From a virus (Duplodnaviria; Caudoviricetes): a stretch of DNA of 61,128 nt. Numbering within the stretch: the first letter of the stretch is position 1; each line of letters begins with the position of its first letter. The notes beneath the pieces were generated by a model that saw nothing but the letters and a program-made list of their open reading frames with translations, was not told the DNA's origin and made no database searches. Shown here piece after piece: positions 8,824 through 17,878 of this stretch. The translations under genes and the position numbers were made by a program. The DNA lies in IMG/VR virus record IMGVR_UViG_3300025000_000994, positions 1 to 61,128 of that record. One strand, given 5' to 3'.

Positions 8824-10881
8824 CTATGCCGCCTCCGTTTCAATCCTCAACACTTTATCCTTCTCGCTTACTACAAGCCTGAATAATTGTGATTTTGTCT
8901 CTGCCAGTGCGGTAACTGACTCTGCGTTATCACAAAATATAGGAGCTTCAAAATTGTAGAATTCGGAAAGAGTATTTATGATGTCAATACCTCCGTTGAT
9001 CCTGCCACCAGCATTTGCATCAGAGTAAGGTGTCCAGCAGCCGTTTGTATTGATAAGCGCCTCACAGCATTCATTAAGAGCTCCGTTGATCTGAACATCG
9101 AATAACTTAAAGCGAACATACTTGAATCGGCTATTGATCTTGCTGTCGAGCATTTTGACCTTTGTGCGGATAAATTCCTCTGTAATGAATAGCTCCCCTT
9201 CAAGCCGCTCGTATTCCTTGGCAAGCTTCTTTTCATCTGCTTTGAGTTCTTCAATTCTGTTCTTCATTTTTTCACACTGATCAACCAAATTTATTTTTGC
9301 CTGAAGTTCTCTAACCTTCGCAGAAATGTCCGCGATATCACTTTGAATTTTACTAATTCTTTCGTTGTTGCCATTATGCAATTCAGCAATTGCAGCCTTA
9401 ACCTGTGCAGCTTCAGCAGATTTTAATTTATACTCTGGCGTTTCAGAAACGTCTATGAAGCTGGCTTGTGTGTCTAAAATTCTCTGACGGACAGCATTAA
9501 GAGATACTTCTACATTAGCCGACCTTTTTACAAGTTCCGCGTATTCAGCATTCAGGGTAACAAGAGAAGCCTTTTTAATTTCAAGGGTAGCTCTTGTATC
9601 CTTGCCGGTAGCTTTGATTTTTTCAAGCCTGTTGGACTTGTCCATGTTAAATGCTTCAAGCGCTATTTGCTTTGCTGCCTCATATTCCTGCTGCGCTATT
9701 TCTCTAACAGAATCAAGCCTTTCTTGCGGGATATCTTGTCCACAAGTAGGGCATACAGAATCTTGGTTGAGAACAAATTCTCTATATGAAAATGTTTCTG
9801 CCTCTGTCTTGTCATACTTTTCGTAAAGGTTCTCTATTTCAGTTTCAAGAGTTTTTATCTGCCGTTCACAAGCACTTATTTCATCCTGTTTTAAACTGAC
9901 CTTACCTGAAACAGTTCTGTAAGCCAAACTGGATTCAACCTCTTGCTTGGTTAACTCGCTCAAAGCATTGGTTTTCCTCTGTTCATTGGCGTTTTTCATT
10001 CCAATAAGCTCTGAGTTAATCTCTGCTAGCTTCTTATTTTTCTCTGCAATTTCGCCACCTGATGTTATCCTGGTGGACTCCTGCCTTAATACTTCCTGCT
10101 CTTTCAATAGTCCATCAATTTCACCCTGCACCACTGAAACAACAATTCCTGTGGTATCCGGCATCATATTTTTGTTTTCGGTGATCTTGGCAGGTATCTT
10201 TTCGAGTTCATCATTGATTTTGCTCTTGGCAGCCGCTATGATCTTCCTCTGGTCATCTATGCTATGAGTTCCAAGGATAGCTGATAAACCTTTCAACTTG
10301 GAATTGCCTTCGATAACTTCTGAATCAGCAATATCTCCGCACACTTGTAAAAGCATTTTGCGTCTATCTGTCCAATGAAGCTGCTCGTTGAAATATAGAG
10401 GATTAGTCAGAAGTTTAAAAGCCTTTTCGTCTGCTATGTCCTGTATACGCTTTTTGTATTCACCTTCACTTTTAGGAACACCATCAACAAAGTAATCTGT
10501 TGTATTTCCTGCAAATGCTTGTTCTGAAGTGCCTCTTTTTTTTGTCCATCTTTCATAAAACACCTTTTTCAAAGCTAGTGTGCTACCACCTAAATCAAGC
10601 ACAGCCTCAACCTCTGTTTCAATCCCGTGAATGACTTCCTGTGTCTCGGGATCTATCGGTTTAATGCCGAAGTCAGAACGATTTAAACTGTCCTTGCCGT
10701 TCAGGAGCCAATTGAATGAATCTGCAATGGTTGTTTTGCCGGTTGCATTATCGCCAAAGATATTGATGTTATACTTGCCTTTCATCGGAACAGCAACACC
10801 CGCCTGGACCCAAGCATCTGCAGTAATAACCAATTCTTTGATCCCTTTGAAATTCTTAATTACCAGTTTGTTTATCCTCAT
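8824..10881 (-). CDS. SMC/Rad50-like ABC ATPase
   Basis: IKNFKG, Walker A GDNATGKT, long coiled coil with a CPTC hook, PIFCDNAE; RBS GGAGG before the ATG at 10881. Confidence 0.8.
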   Translation of the reverse strand: MRINKLVIKNFKGIKELVITADAWVQAGVAVPMKGKYNINIFGDNATGKTTIADSFNWLLNGKDSLNRSDFGIKPIDPETQEVIHGIETEVEAVLDLGGSTLALKKVFYERWTKKRGTSEQAFAGNTTDYFVDGVPKSEGEYKKRIQDIADEKAFKLLTNPLYFNEQLHWTDRRKMLLQVCGDIADSEVIEGNSKLKGLSAILGTHSIDDQRKIIAAAKSKINDELEKIPAKITENKNMMPDTTGIVVSVVQGEIDGLLKEQEVLRQESTRITSGGEIAEKNKKLAEINSELIGMKNANEQRKTNALSELTKQEVESSLAYRTVSGKVSLKQDEISACERQIKTLETEIENLYEKYDKTEAETFSYREFVLNQDSVCPTCGQDIPQERLDSVREIAQQEYEAAKQIALEAFNMDKSNRLEKIKATGKDTRATLEIKKASLVTLNAEYAELVKRSANVEVSLNAVRQRILDTQASFIDVSETPEYKLKSAEAAQVKAAIAELHNGNNERISKIQSDIADISAKVRELQAKINLVDQCEKMKNRIEELKADEKKLAKEYERLEGELFITEEFIRTKVKMLDSKINSRFKYVRFKLFDVQINGALNECCEALINTNGCWTPYSDANAGGRINGGIDIINTLSEFYNFEAPIFCDNAESVTALAETKSQLFRLVVSEKDKVLRIETEAA

Positions 10882-10927
10882 TTGTCTTTCGACCTCCCAA
10901 TTATATTTATCTTTCGGCCCATCATAG

Positions 10928-11272
10928 CTATATTTCCAAGCTATCAACGATCTCCCTTGTGGATTCAATTGATTGCAGAAATTCATCTACAGCGCGTTTC
11001 AATATTAGCCTTTTTACTCCTTCTGGCATTTCTTTCTCAACCTTTGTATCAGCAACGAATACCTGCCAGCAATCAGTTCTTAAAGCACCGGTTGCCCATT
11101 TAACAAACGCTGCCCTATCAATATCGATGCCCGCTCCATTACCTTCTGGACAATATCGGTTCACGATATTTGCAAAGGCGTGAGCTGCGTCCTTAATTTC
11201 TTTTATACATTCCTTCTGTGCCTTCTGCAGTAACACTTCCTCAACCCTACCTGTGGTGATCTTCTCACTCAT
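10928..11272 (-). CDS. Hypothetical protein
   Basis: Co-oriented ORF in the early operon. Confidence 0.55.
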   Translation of the reverse strand: MSEKITTGRVEEVLLQKAQKECIKEIKDAAHAFANIVNRYCPEGNGAGIDIDRAAFVKWATGALRTDCWQVFVADTKVEKEMPEGVKRLILKRAVDEFLQSIESTREIVDSLEI

Positions 11273-11430
11273 ACTTTTTCATCCAATCTCTCCCGCAGGA
11301 GATCCCTTTCCTGCTCATTCAGCATTACTTTGTACTTCTCGCCGTTCTGCCCGACAAAGGTGATCCCGTCATACTCGATAACAATGTCGTGGATGAGCAT
11401 ATCAATTGTAAGCATATAGCACCGCCTTTC

Positions 11431-12168
11431 TCAGCTAAAAGATGCTTCTGGTTCTGCTTCTGGTTGAATCTCTGCTTCGTCTGACCAATTATCAATTTCA
11501 ATATCAGAATAATTTTGAGAAACTTTGATTAGATAAATTTGAAATCCGTTTACATGCCTTAAGGAACTGATATTACATTCCTCGTTAATTTGAAGCTTCC
11601 ATTTTTCGTTTTTCCATTTGCGGAGTTTTGCTTCAAAATTCATGTTCTCATCTTTCTCACACTCGAAGAAGATGCTTGCTTCTGAATAACTGCTCCATGA
11701 TTTACCTTCGTGTTCCTTTACCTCGTACGTTACTTCGACCGTTTCATATGACGGGCTATCATCAGTGCAAACCTCTAAATCACTTGTATCAACATTTTCA
11801 GCCACATGTTTACAGTATTCTTCAAACATATCAGACACTTTCAATATTTTAGGAATTTCAATATCGGTCATAAACTCCTTGAAGTTTTCAAGAATCTTTT
11901 TGTTGTCTAAGGCTGTATTCTTTAGTATTTCTGTCAACACACAGTCCAGTTTGACTATGTATTTTGAATAATCATAACCGGATAACTGCTTAATCATTAC
12001 TTCCTTAATGCTCTTCTCTATAACCTTTGTTACGTCACCATAGCTTCCTAAAAGGCTTTCAAGTGATTTGTTTATACCTTTTTCAAGGTTCTCAGCTACT
12101 AGCTTTTGAATTATGCCATCCTCCAGTTTGGAGGTAATAACATCTTTAATTGATTGTTCAATATTCAT
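11431..12168 (-). CDS. Acidic phage hypothetical protein
   Basis: 245-aa ORF with RBS. Confidence 0.7.
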   Translation of the reverse strand: MNIEQSIKDVITSKLEDGIIQKLVAENLEKGINKSLESLLGSYGDVTKVIEKSIKEVMIKQLSGYDYSKYIVKLDCVLTEILKNTALDNKKILENFKEFMTDIEIPKILKVSDMFEEYCKHVAENVDTSDLEVCTDDSPSYETVEVTYEVKEHEGKSWSSYSEASIFFECEKDENMNFEAKLRKWKNEKWKLQINEECNISSLRHVNGFQIYLIKVSQNYSDIEIDNWSDEAEIQPEAEPEASFS

Positions 12169-12293
12169 AATCTCTATCCCCCTTCTTTGTTGGCGGGCAA
12201 GGCCTACCCCAACCCGCCATATTGTAATTCCCGTTAAATGTGCTATACTGTAATTGAATATTTACTTGGTCGCTTACGAGCGGCCTTTTTCTA

Positions 12294-13007
12294 TTACGAG
12301 ATAATCTTTACGTTACAGCCTTCCAACTTCTCAGCCAGATAAGCCTTTACATTCTGCATAGCATAGATTTTCCAGATACCGCCGTCAGCTTCGAAAATAG
12401 CCGCTGAAGGTCCGGTTTTCATCCTGAACACAAACTTGCTTTCAGGCTGATCTACTTCGGCAAATGTACGGAACGGGCAAAGGATAACTGGATTAGGGAC
12501 AACTATTTCAGCAACTGTTGCAATTCCAGCCTTTGCGACAACCTTCTGTGAAACGCCATCATCACTTGTGTTCTGTACATTATCCTCCTTGATGTTGCCA
12601 ACAACCTTTAACACGGCTGCAGAGTGTTCATTCTGGAGGAAACAAGCCTGCAACATTATGTTAAAACTCTCAATATCCATGAATCTTTCGTATGTGATCT
12701 GTGGTGTCGATGCTTCACAGGAAATGTAGTTATCCCTGTTCATATCAGCCCTGAGCTCTGAATATGCCAGTACTTTTGTAGGAGAAACAACGTGTACTAC
12801 CATGGGATCAGTGATTTTATCAACATTGTTCTTTATGTAGTCAACGAGCCCTGTAAGAGTTTTAATGTTTATAGCCTGAGCATTTGGCTTTGGATCAAAC
12901 ACAGGCTTGATGTAATTCAAAGGTTCTGTAGAATAATTACTATCGCCAACCTTAATGACCTCTGTTTTCTTTAGTGAAACAAGATATTGTAATGCCTTCT
13001 CAATCAA
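12294..13007 (-). CDS. Conserved phage hypothetical protein
   Basis: LCPFRTFAEVDQPESKFVFRM motif common in Bacillota phage early regions. Confidence 0.75.
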   Translation of the reverse strand: MIEKALQYLVSLKKTEVIKVGDSNYSTEPLNYIKPVFDPKPNAQAINIKTLTGLVDYIKNNVDKITDPMVVHVVSPTKVLAYSELRADMNRDNYISCEASTPQITYERFMDIESFNIMLQACFLQNEHSAAVLKVVGNIKEDNVQNTSDDGVSQKVVAKAGIATVAEIVVPNPVILCPFRTFAEVDQPESKFVFRMKTGPSAAIFEADGGIWKIYAMQNVKAYLAEKLEGCNVKIIS

Positions 13008-13036
13008 CTTGGATTCCTCCGCTTTCTACCGGATTA

Positions 13037-13429
13037 TTACCGGTTGATATTTACTATCTTTCTGCCAGCCTTGTTGTCTGTAGCTTCCAAAATCTCGCCT
13101 GTTTCTTTATCAACTTGAATTGCCGTCTGCCCAGGTATAGTATGCTTTGCATATTCCTCAGCAATAACTTGACCGTTGTTGTCCTTTCCAAGAAATAGCT
13201 GTGTTAAAACTGGCGTGTATGGACTTACGGAGCTCTTTGCTTTGAGTCCTAATTGCACGCTTTCTCTGGTATCATCCATTGACTTGAATTCCAGTTCCAG
13301 AGTGACCTTTCTAGCCTTCTTCCAATCTGTGTTTTTGTCGAGAATGTTTTTGAGTACATTTTCGATTTCAACATCTGCCCTCTCCATGAGAGCTCCCTTT
13401 GCTACGCTTGCTATATTAAGCTTGTCCAT
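13037..13429 (-). CDS. Phage protein (family often labelled replication terminator protein)
   Basis: GALMER..ENVLKNILDKNTDWKKARKVTL; typically paired with the gene at 12294-13007. Confidence 0.6.
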   Translation of the reverse strand: MDKLNIASVAKGALMERADVEIENVLKNILDKNTDWKKARKVTLELEFKSMDDTRESVQLGLKAKSSVSPYTPVLTQLFLGKDNNGQVIAEEYAKHTIPGQTAIQVDKETGEILEATDNKAGRKIVNINR

Positions 13430-13517
13430 GTGTGTTTTACCTCCTTCCCTTAATAATTGGCATGTGATATAATTGATTTGGACATTTTGTTTCAGCCTCT
13501 TTGAGAGGCTTTTTCTT

Positions 13518-13769
13518 TTACTCTCCTGCATCTTTCAAGCACTTATGGCATACTTTTATACCATACTTTACTAATCCCTCAACCAGATCATCAGATTCCT
13601 TGCACACTCCGCATGTTGGTTGATACTTTTTGAGAATGATTTCTCCATTTTCGCCCATGAAGATTTCCAATGGAGTACCCTCATCAATTGCCTGTGTCGT
13701 GCAAATTTCCTGTGGAATAACCAATCTGTGGAGGCTATCCACCTTTCTTACAATGCCAGTAGCTTTCAT
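13518..13769 (-). CDS. AbrB/SpoVT-family transcription regulator
   Basis: MKATGIVRKVDSLHRLVIP..PLEIF..IILKKYQP plus a C-terminal CxxC pair. Confidence 0.85.
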   Translation of the reverse strand: MKATGIVRKVDSLHRLVIPQEICTTQAIDEGTPLEIFMGENGEIILKKYQPTCGVCKESDDLVEGLVKYGIKVCHKCLKDAGE

Positions 13770-13794
13770 TTCTTCAATCTCCTCTCCCTTCAAA

Positions 13795-14013
13795 TTAAAA
13801 AATATTGCCTTTCCAGTTATACTTCTTTGATATCTCAGCGAGCCTTATCAGCCGCTTTTGAACCCTTAACGTGTGTAGATATAAGTGCTTTACCTTGAAC
13901 CGCCTTACCCTACTGCCTTTCATATCGCGGATCATCCAACCGAATGTAAAGGATATGAAGCAAAGTAAAAGAATGAGTGAAACTGCCTGTAACGGACTTG
14001 CCCCTGTATCCAT
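13795..14013 (-). CDS. Small membrane protein
   Basis: Single hydrophobic helix and basic tail. Confidence 0.5.
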   Translation of the reverse strand: MDTGASPLQAVSLILLLCFISFTFGWMIRDMKGSRVRRFKVKHLYLHTLRVQKRLIRLAEISKKYNWKGNIF

Positions 14014-14027
14014 ATAACCCCTTCTTT

Positions 14028-14282
14028 CTACGCGTACATCTTGACAGGATGCCGCAGGTTGTAGTAGTACACTGCCCTGCGTTTCGGCTTGCTGAGCTTG
14101 CTCAGTTTGGTTGCTTTGCGGCGTTTCTCGATGATAGCAACCTTACGCGGATCCTTAGGATTGCGGATACCCGGAATGATTTTGCATCCTTCAAACTTGC
14201 TGGTGTGAATTGGATTGGTGTATCTGTTCCCGCCAGCTGACATTGCGAAGATTGCAGCGATTAAACTTTTTAATTTGTCCAT
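14028..14282 (-). CDS. Small basic protein
   Basis: RBS AGGAGG; K/R-rich. Confidence 0.55.
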   Translation of the reverse strand: MDKLKSLIAAIFAMSAGGNRYTNPIHTSKFEGCKIIPGIRNPKDPRKVAIIEKRRKATKLSKLSKPKRRAVYYYNLRHPVKMYA

Positions 14283-14289
14283 AACGACC

Positions 14290-14481
14290 TCCTATAAATT
14301 TATTTTGTTTCGGAGAGGACAGTCGCGACCTGCCTCTCCACCATTTGTACATACTGCCTAGGACTTAACACCCGTTTTTATATTGGACATTTCTGCCCTG
14401 CTCTTATGGGTTTTGGTGGAAGATATGAGATTGACTACTCACTGTCTCCCAGATAAAGCGGGTCGATTCACCGCCCGCTTT
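14290..14481 (-). ncRNA. Conserved structured intergenic RNA, copy A (contains a tRNA-like minihelix at 14414-14450)
   Basis: Homologous to 60020-60214 with stems preserved despite loop and stem-length changes. Confidence 0.55.
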
Positions 14482-14501
14482 GGTTTGCACAGTCACCGTA
14501 T

Positions 14502-14642
14502 TCAAACAAATCCAGTAGGATATCCGATTACCACCGACCTGCGGCGTGGACTATCGACTGTACCGCTTGCATAACAGACTGTGCAATGTCTTATCAAACT
14601 GTTCAGCCAATCGTACCAATCGAATCCGAATATTGCCTCCAT
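14502..14642 (-). CDS. Conserved 46-aa microprotein (not in the ORF track)
   Basis: RBS GGAGG; MEAIFGFDW...VIGYPTGFV matches MDGIFGYSW...VVGYPSGFV at 60271-60408. Confidence 0.7.
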   Translation of the reverse strand: MEAIFGFDWYDWLNSLIRHCTVCYASGTVDSPRRRSVVIGYPTGFV

Positions 14643-14725
14643 AGGCTTCCTCCGACACTTTTATTCTTTAGCCCGGTACATATCGACCTGTACCGAATAA
14701 TAGTGGGCTAGCTAGTTGGCTTTAT

Positions 14726-14763
14726 GGATGAACCCGCCAGAACCGCTTAGAAACTTTACAAAT
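14726..14763. repeat. 38-bp conserved element (further copies at 57310-57347 and 60496-60533)
   Basis: GGAT(G/A)AACCCGCCAGAACCGCTTAGAAACTTTACAAAT, at least 37/38 identical. Confidence 0.9.
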
Positions 14764-14970
14764 GAGTGGCATCACCTACCTTTGTGGATATAATTTGCAG
14801 ATAATTATTGCTCAATATTTTCTGAAATGGTATGAATGTACGTTTGTTCGTCAATTTCCAATTCCACAATATCGGTTTCGCTGTTATATCCGACTACTCT
14901 GCCAACATGCCCAGCACAAGCGCCTCCCTTTATTTCTGCCATGAGGTTAACGAAAACCTTTTTCACGTTC

Positions 14971-15105
14971 TCACTCCCCTTCCATCCCTATATCCACCAC
15001 CCGCCCATCCCGGACGGTAAAATATGTGCCTGTTAGCCTGTACCAGTCTGCGAACCAGTGGATGTCGGTTTGCTCATTGAGGATGATTGATTTTTCAAGT
15101 GGCAT
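14971..15105 (-). CDS. Conserved 44-aa protein
   Basis: MPLEKSIILNEQTDIHWFADWYRLTGTYF..; near-identical copy at 57544-57678; RBS AGGAGG. Confidence 0.7.
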   Translation of the reverse strand: MPLEKSIILNEQTDIHWFADWYRLTGTYFTVRDGRVVDIGMEGE

Positions 15106-15134
15106 GTGAGCCTCCTTTGTGCGGATTCTCCTTC

Positions 15135-15335
15135 TTATCCGCAATTACAATTATCACCTCTGGCCGTGATTGTACCCTTTGCTACCCTGGAATCTAAAAA
15201 TCTACCAGTATCAGTACCCTTTACACATTCAAAGCCATTTGCACCGCAAACAAGGTATCGGCAGCATTCATTGCCCTGTCCTATTTTGCATACGGTTTTT
15301 ACTTTGTCTATTTGTACCTTCTTTGTGTTTTCCAC
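15135..15335 (-). CDS. Small Cys-rich protein
   Basis: CKIGQGNECCRYLVC; copy at 60962-61128. Confidence 0.7.
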   Translation of the reverse strand: MENTKKVQIDKVKTVCKIGQGNECCRYLVCGANGFECVKGTDTGRFLDSRVAKGTITARGDNCNCG

Positions 15336-15386
15336 AATGCCCTCACTTTCTGCAATGTCTTATTGCACATCTTTATAAACTCCGTA

Positions 15387-15473
15387 CTACTCCACCTCCC
15401 ACACTTCCAACCATACCCTCCCAAACTCAAAGCATTTCTCCGCACTCGCCATGTACACGTCCAATCTCCCCTC
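15387..15473 (-). pseudogene. Remnant 3' end of a 3D-domain gene
   Basis: Translates GRLDVYMASAEKCFEFGRVWLEVWEVE*, almost identical to the end of 58892-59320; the upstream part is missing. Confidence 0.75.
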
Positions 15474-15531
15474 CCCTTATCTCCCTACACCGCAGCTGTG
15501 TACTCTGCCGGTGTCTCGGCGCTTATATCGC

Positions 15532-15804
15532 TTAAAGATACTCGATAAATTTATTAGCCAATTCCCTTCTGATTAAGCCAATTAGCACGCCTTGATGAAA
15601 GTTGCTGTGTTCGGATTTAAGAGAAATAAATATATTGTTTTCTTTCGCATACTCACCGAGCAAAGCCAGTTCGCTTGTTTCATAATCTTCTATTGGAATT
15701 GAGAGAATATAATCAATTTCAAGCGTTTTGTTTATAGCGTCCTCAACCTTTTGAATTGTCTTTGAATCAGCATCTTTAACAGCCCGCAATTTTGGCACAT
15801 TCAA
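15532..15804 (-). CDS. Hypothetical protein
   Basis: RBS GGAGG and TTG start. Confidence 0.6.
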   Translation of the reverse strand: MNVPKLRAVKDADSKTIQKVEDAINKTLEIDYILSIPIEDYETSELALLGEYAKENNIFISLKSEHSNFHQGVLIGLIRRELANKFIEYL

Positions 15805-15962
15805 GTTATCGCCTCCCGTTTTTATATTTCTCTTTTCGCTTTCACCGTCTACAGCACGTTCCTGTCGTGCATCGGTGCCCGGCTATGCAATTGTCAATGT
15901 ACAGCTTGTCCTATTTTGCAGACAACTTTTAAGCCCTCCGGAGAGGGTGAGTGTTTGCGTGG

Positions 15963-16712
15963 TTAGGCTGATAGAGCCTTTTGCTTGTCCAAAAACTTAT
16001 TTACAAAGTAGATTTGCCCTTTGCCGGTGATTAGAGTTGTTTTCGTGATTTTGCTTTCACCATCAGAACTAATACGAGTACCTTCTTTAATCTCCATAAC
16101 CTTCAGCTCCATAGACTTCTGCGTGGGCATGTTGTAGCTTCTTCCTCTTTCCTTGATTGCGTACTCGTTATCACGAAGCCATTCCCACAATCTGATTTCA
16201 CCAATTTCAACGCCATTCTTTTTGAGTATCTTCGCTAAATCTGCAACGAGAATTGATGTGCTAGAAGCCGTCACGGAATCGGCAAATAATTCTTTTGGCT
16301 TCATTTCTTCAACTCTTGATTCAAGTTGAAATACCGTTGATTCAAGAGAAAGGATTTTCCTGTCTGCCATTTTGATTGCTCTTGCCATGACAGCCTCAGG
16401 AGTGTTCCATTGTCTTTCAAGTTCGATGAAATATTGACGGGCTTGCTTGCCTTTTTCTGTCCGCTGAATCATACAGAGTTCTTTTGCCATTTCAACGGTG
16501 ATTTGGTGATCTTGTTTGTTCTGTCCTCCGTGACTTTCGCTTTCCAAATTTGGAAGGCAAGTTTGGAAGTCGATGTTTTCATTAAATCCATACTCTGTCA
16601 TCCTGTTGAACCATGTTGTATAGTTACTTTCTACTTCTAAAAATTCATGAAGTGTTCTTGCTGATACTGTCTGTCTGTCGTTGTCGTAGTTAATGGGGAT
16701 AAGATTATTCAT
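15963..16712 (-). CDS. Phage antirepressor (AntA/AntB plus KilAC/ANT domain)
   Basis: VSARTLHEFLEV..MAKELCMIQRTEKGKQARQYFI and TGKGQIYFVNKF. Confidence 0.9.
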   Translation of the reverse strand: MNNLIPINYDNDRQTVSARTLHEFLEVESNYTTWFNRMTEYGFNENIDFQTCLPNLESESHGGQNKQDHQITVEMAKELCMIQRTEKGKQARQYFIELERQWNTPEAVMARAIKMADRKILSLESTVFQLESRVEEMKPKELFADSVTASSTSILVADLAKILKKNGVEIGEIRLWEWLRDNEYAIKERGRSYNMPTQKSMELKVMEIKEGTRISSDGESKITKTTLITGKGQIYFVNKFLDKQKALSA

Positions 16713-16778
16713 ATTTGTACCTCACATTTCCATATTTCTACTTTTGTGATAATATTATGTCGAAAGGAAGGTGATAAA

Positions 16779-17069
16779 ATGCTTATAGTTACATACGACT
16801 TAGTTAATAATGCGTCCCTTGAAGATTACGAACGTGTTATTAATGGAATTAAGTCCAGCTACCCAAACGCTAAAAAACTTACTGAGTCCTGTTGGTTTAT
16901 CCCTAAACCGTTAAACCAAAGCTTTGTGCTGTCTGAGCTAGGCAAATTTGTAAAAAGCACGGATAGATTAATGGTAGCTGAAATTAAAACCTTTCCCTTG
17001 GGGAAGAACCTTTTAAGTGATGTAAGCCCTCTTCCGGGACTTACTCGGAAACCGTTGGGCTCTCTGTAA
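16779..17069 (+). CDS. Orphan Cas2/VapD-like ferredoxin-fold protein
   Basis: MLIVTYDL..DYERVINGIKS..LTESCWFI..DRLMVAEI; own RBS; opposite strand to the operon. Confidence 0.6.
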   Translation: MLIVTYDLVNNASLEDYERVINGIKSSYPNAKKLTESCWFIPKPLNQSFVLSELGKFVKSTDRLMVAEIKTFPLGKNLLSDVSPLPGLTRKPLGSL

Positions 17070-17304
17070 TTTCTTCTGTGGGCGGGTTGGTGCTTGCTGA
17101 CCCGCAAACTCCTTTCCTTGACTCCACCATACTTCTTGGCACTACATCCAATTGCCCTAGTCTCTCTTTCAGCAGTTCAATAAAAGCAAGTGTTCTAGTG
17201 AAATCAAACTGCTCCTGAACCATTTCCTCTATTGTCTTATTAACAAGGTAGCTTACTTCTGCCTGCTGGATTGGTCTTAAACTGTCAAAGTATTCCTTGT
17301 TCAT
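17041..17304 (-). CDS. Hypothetical protein
   Basis: RBS AAGGAGG. Confidence 0.55.
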   Translation of the reverse strand: MNKEYFDSLRPIQQAEVSYLVNKTIEEMVQEQFDFTRTLAFIELLKERLGQLDVVPRSMVESRKGVCGSASTNPPTEEITESPTVSE

Positions 17305-17629
17305 CCTTGTTACCTCCTTTCTTCCTATCCTCCGTATTGCTGTGTTAATATAACTACGATTCTGGAAATCTGCTCTGCAATTCTGCATTTTTCATCTGAT
17401 GCAGTTGCGCTGTCTTGAGCCTTTTGCAACTCTCTGATCTGCTCCTGTAATACTGATTGGTAATCCATTTGATATTCCTCCTTTCCTTTGATGATTATTC
17501 ATTAGCTTGTCCCTCCCTTACTGTAGAACATCAGTTTTGAATTGTTAATATTTGTAGGATTTTATATAATACACATAGCCCTATCGTTTGGCTGTCATAT
17601 TGCACCTTATTGGCGAGGGAGGTGATAAT

Positions 17630-17749
17630 ATGGCAAAGACGAAATCATCTGTACGCGGTGTCCAGAAAAAGAAAATCGTTGTTGTTAAGGCTCATACCAA
17701 GAGCAACGGTATTCATGTCTCTGAACATAGGCGTTCAACTCCAAACTGA
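17630..17749 (+). CDS. 39-aa basic microprotein with its own promoter and terminator
   Basis: TTGTTA-N17-TATAAT (17542-17570), RBS GGAGGTG, MAKTKSSVRGVQKKKIVVVKAHTKSNGIHVSEHRRSTPN, hairpin after the stop. Confidence 0.65.
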   Translation: MAKTKSSVRGVQKKKIVVVKAHTKSNGIHVSEHRRSTPN

Positions 17750-17878
17750 TGGGCGGGGTAACTCACTAAAAGTGGGTTACCTTCTTTTATAGGGCTATAT
17801 GTAATTATCAAAGTTCGTTCCTCCTATTTAGGCAAATAAAATAAGGTAAATGAACATTAGTCTCTCTGGAGCATGGTG

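Noticed and set aside
14290-14481. Known riboswitch or ribozyme (ZTP, SAM-I, pistol, hammerhead) or full tRNA/tmRNA
   Set aside because: Short motifs resemble them, but the order and core nucleotides do not fit, and the minihelix lacks D and anticodon arms
14783-14814. Additional 24-bp boundary site
   Set aside because: Both arms are present (TGTGGATA and ATTGCTCA) but 16 bp apart; treated as degenerate and not counted
16779-17069. CRISPR-Cas locus suggested by the Cas2-like gene
   Set aside because: No cas1 or other cas genes and no regularly spaced repeat-spacer array seen in the window
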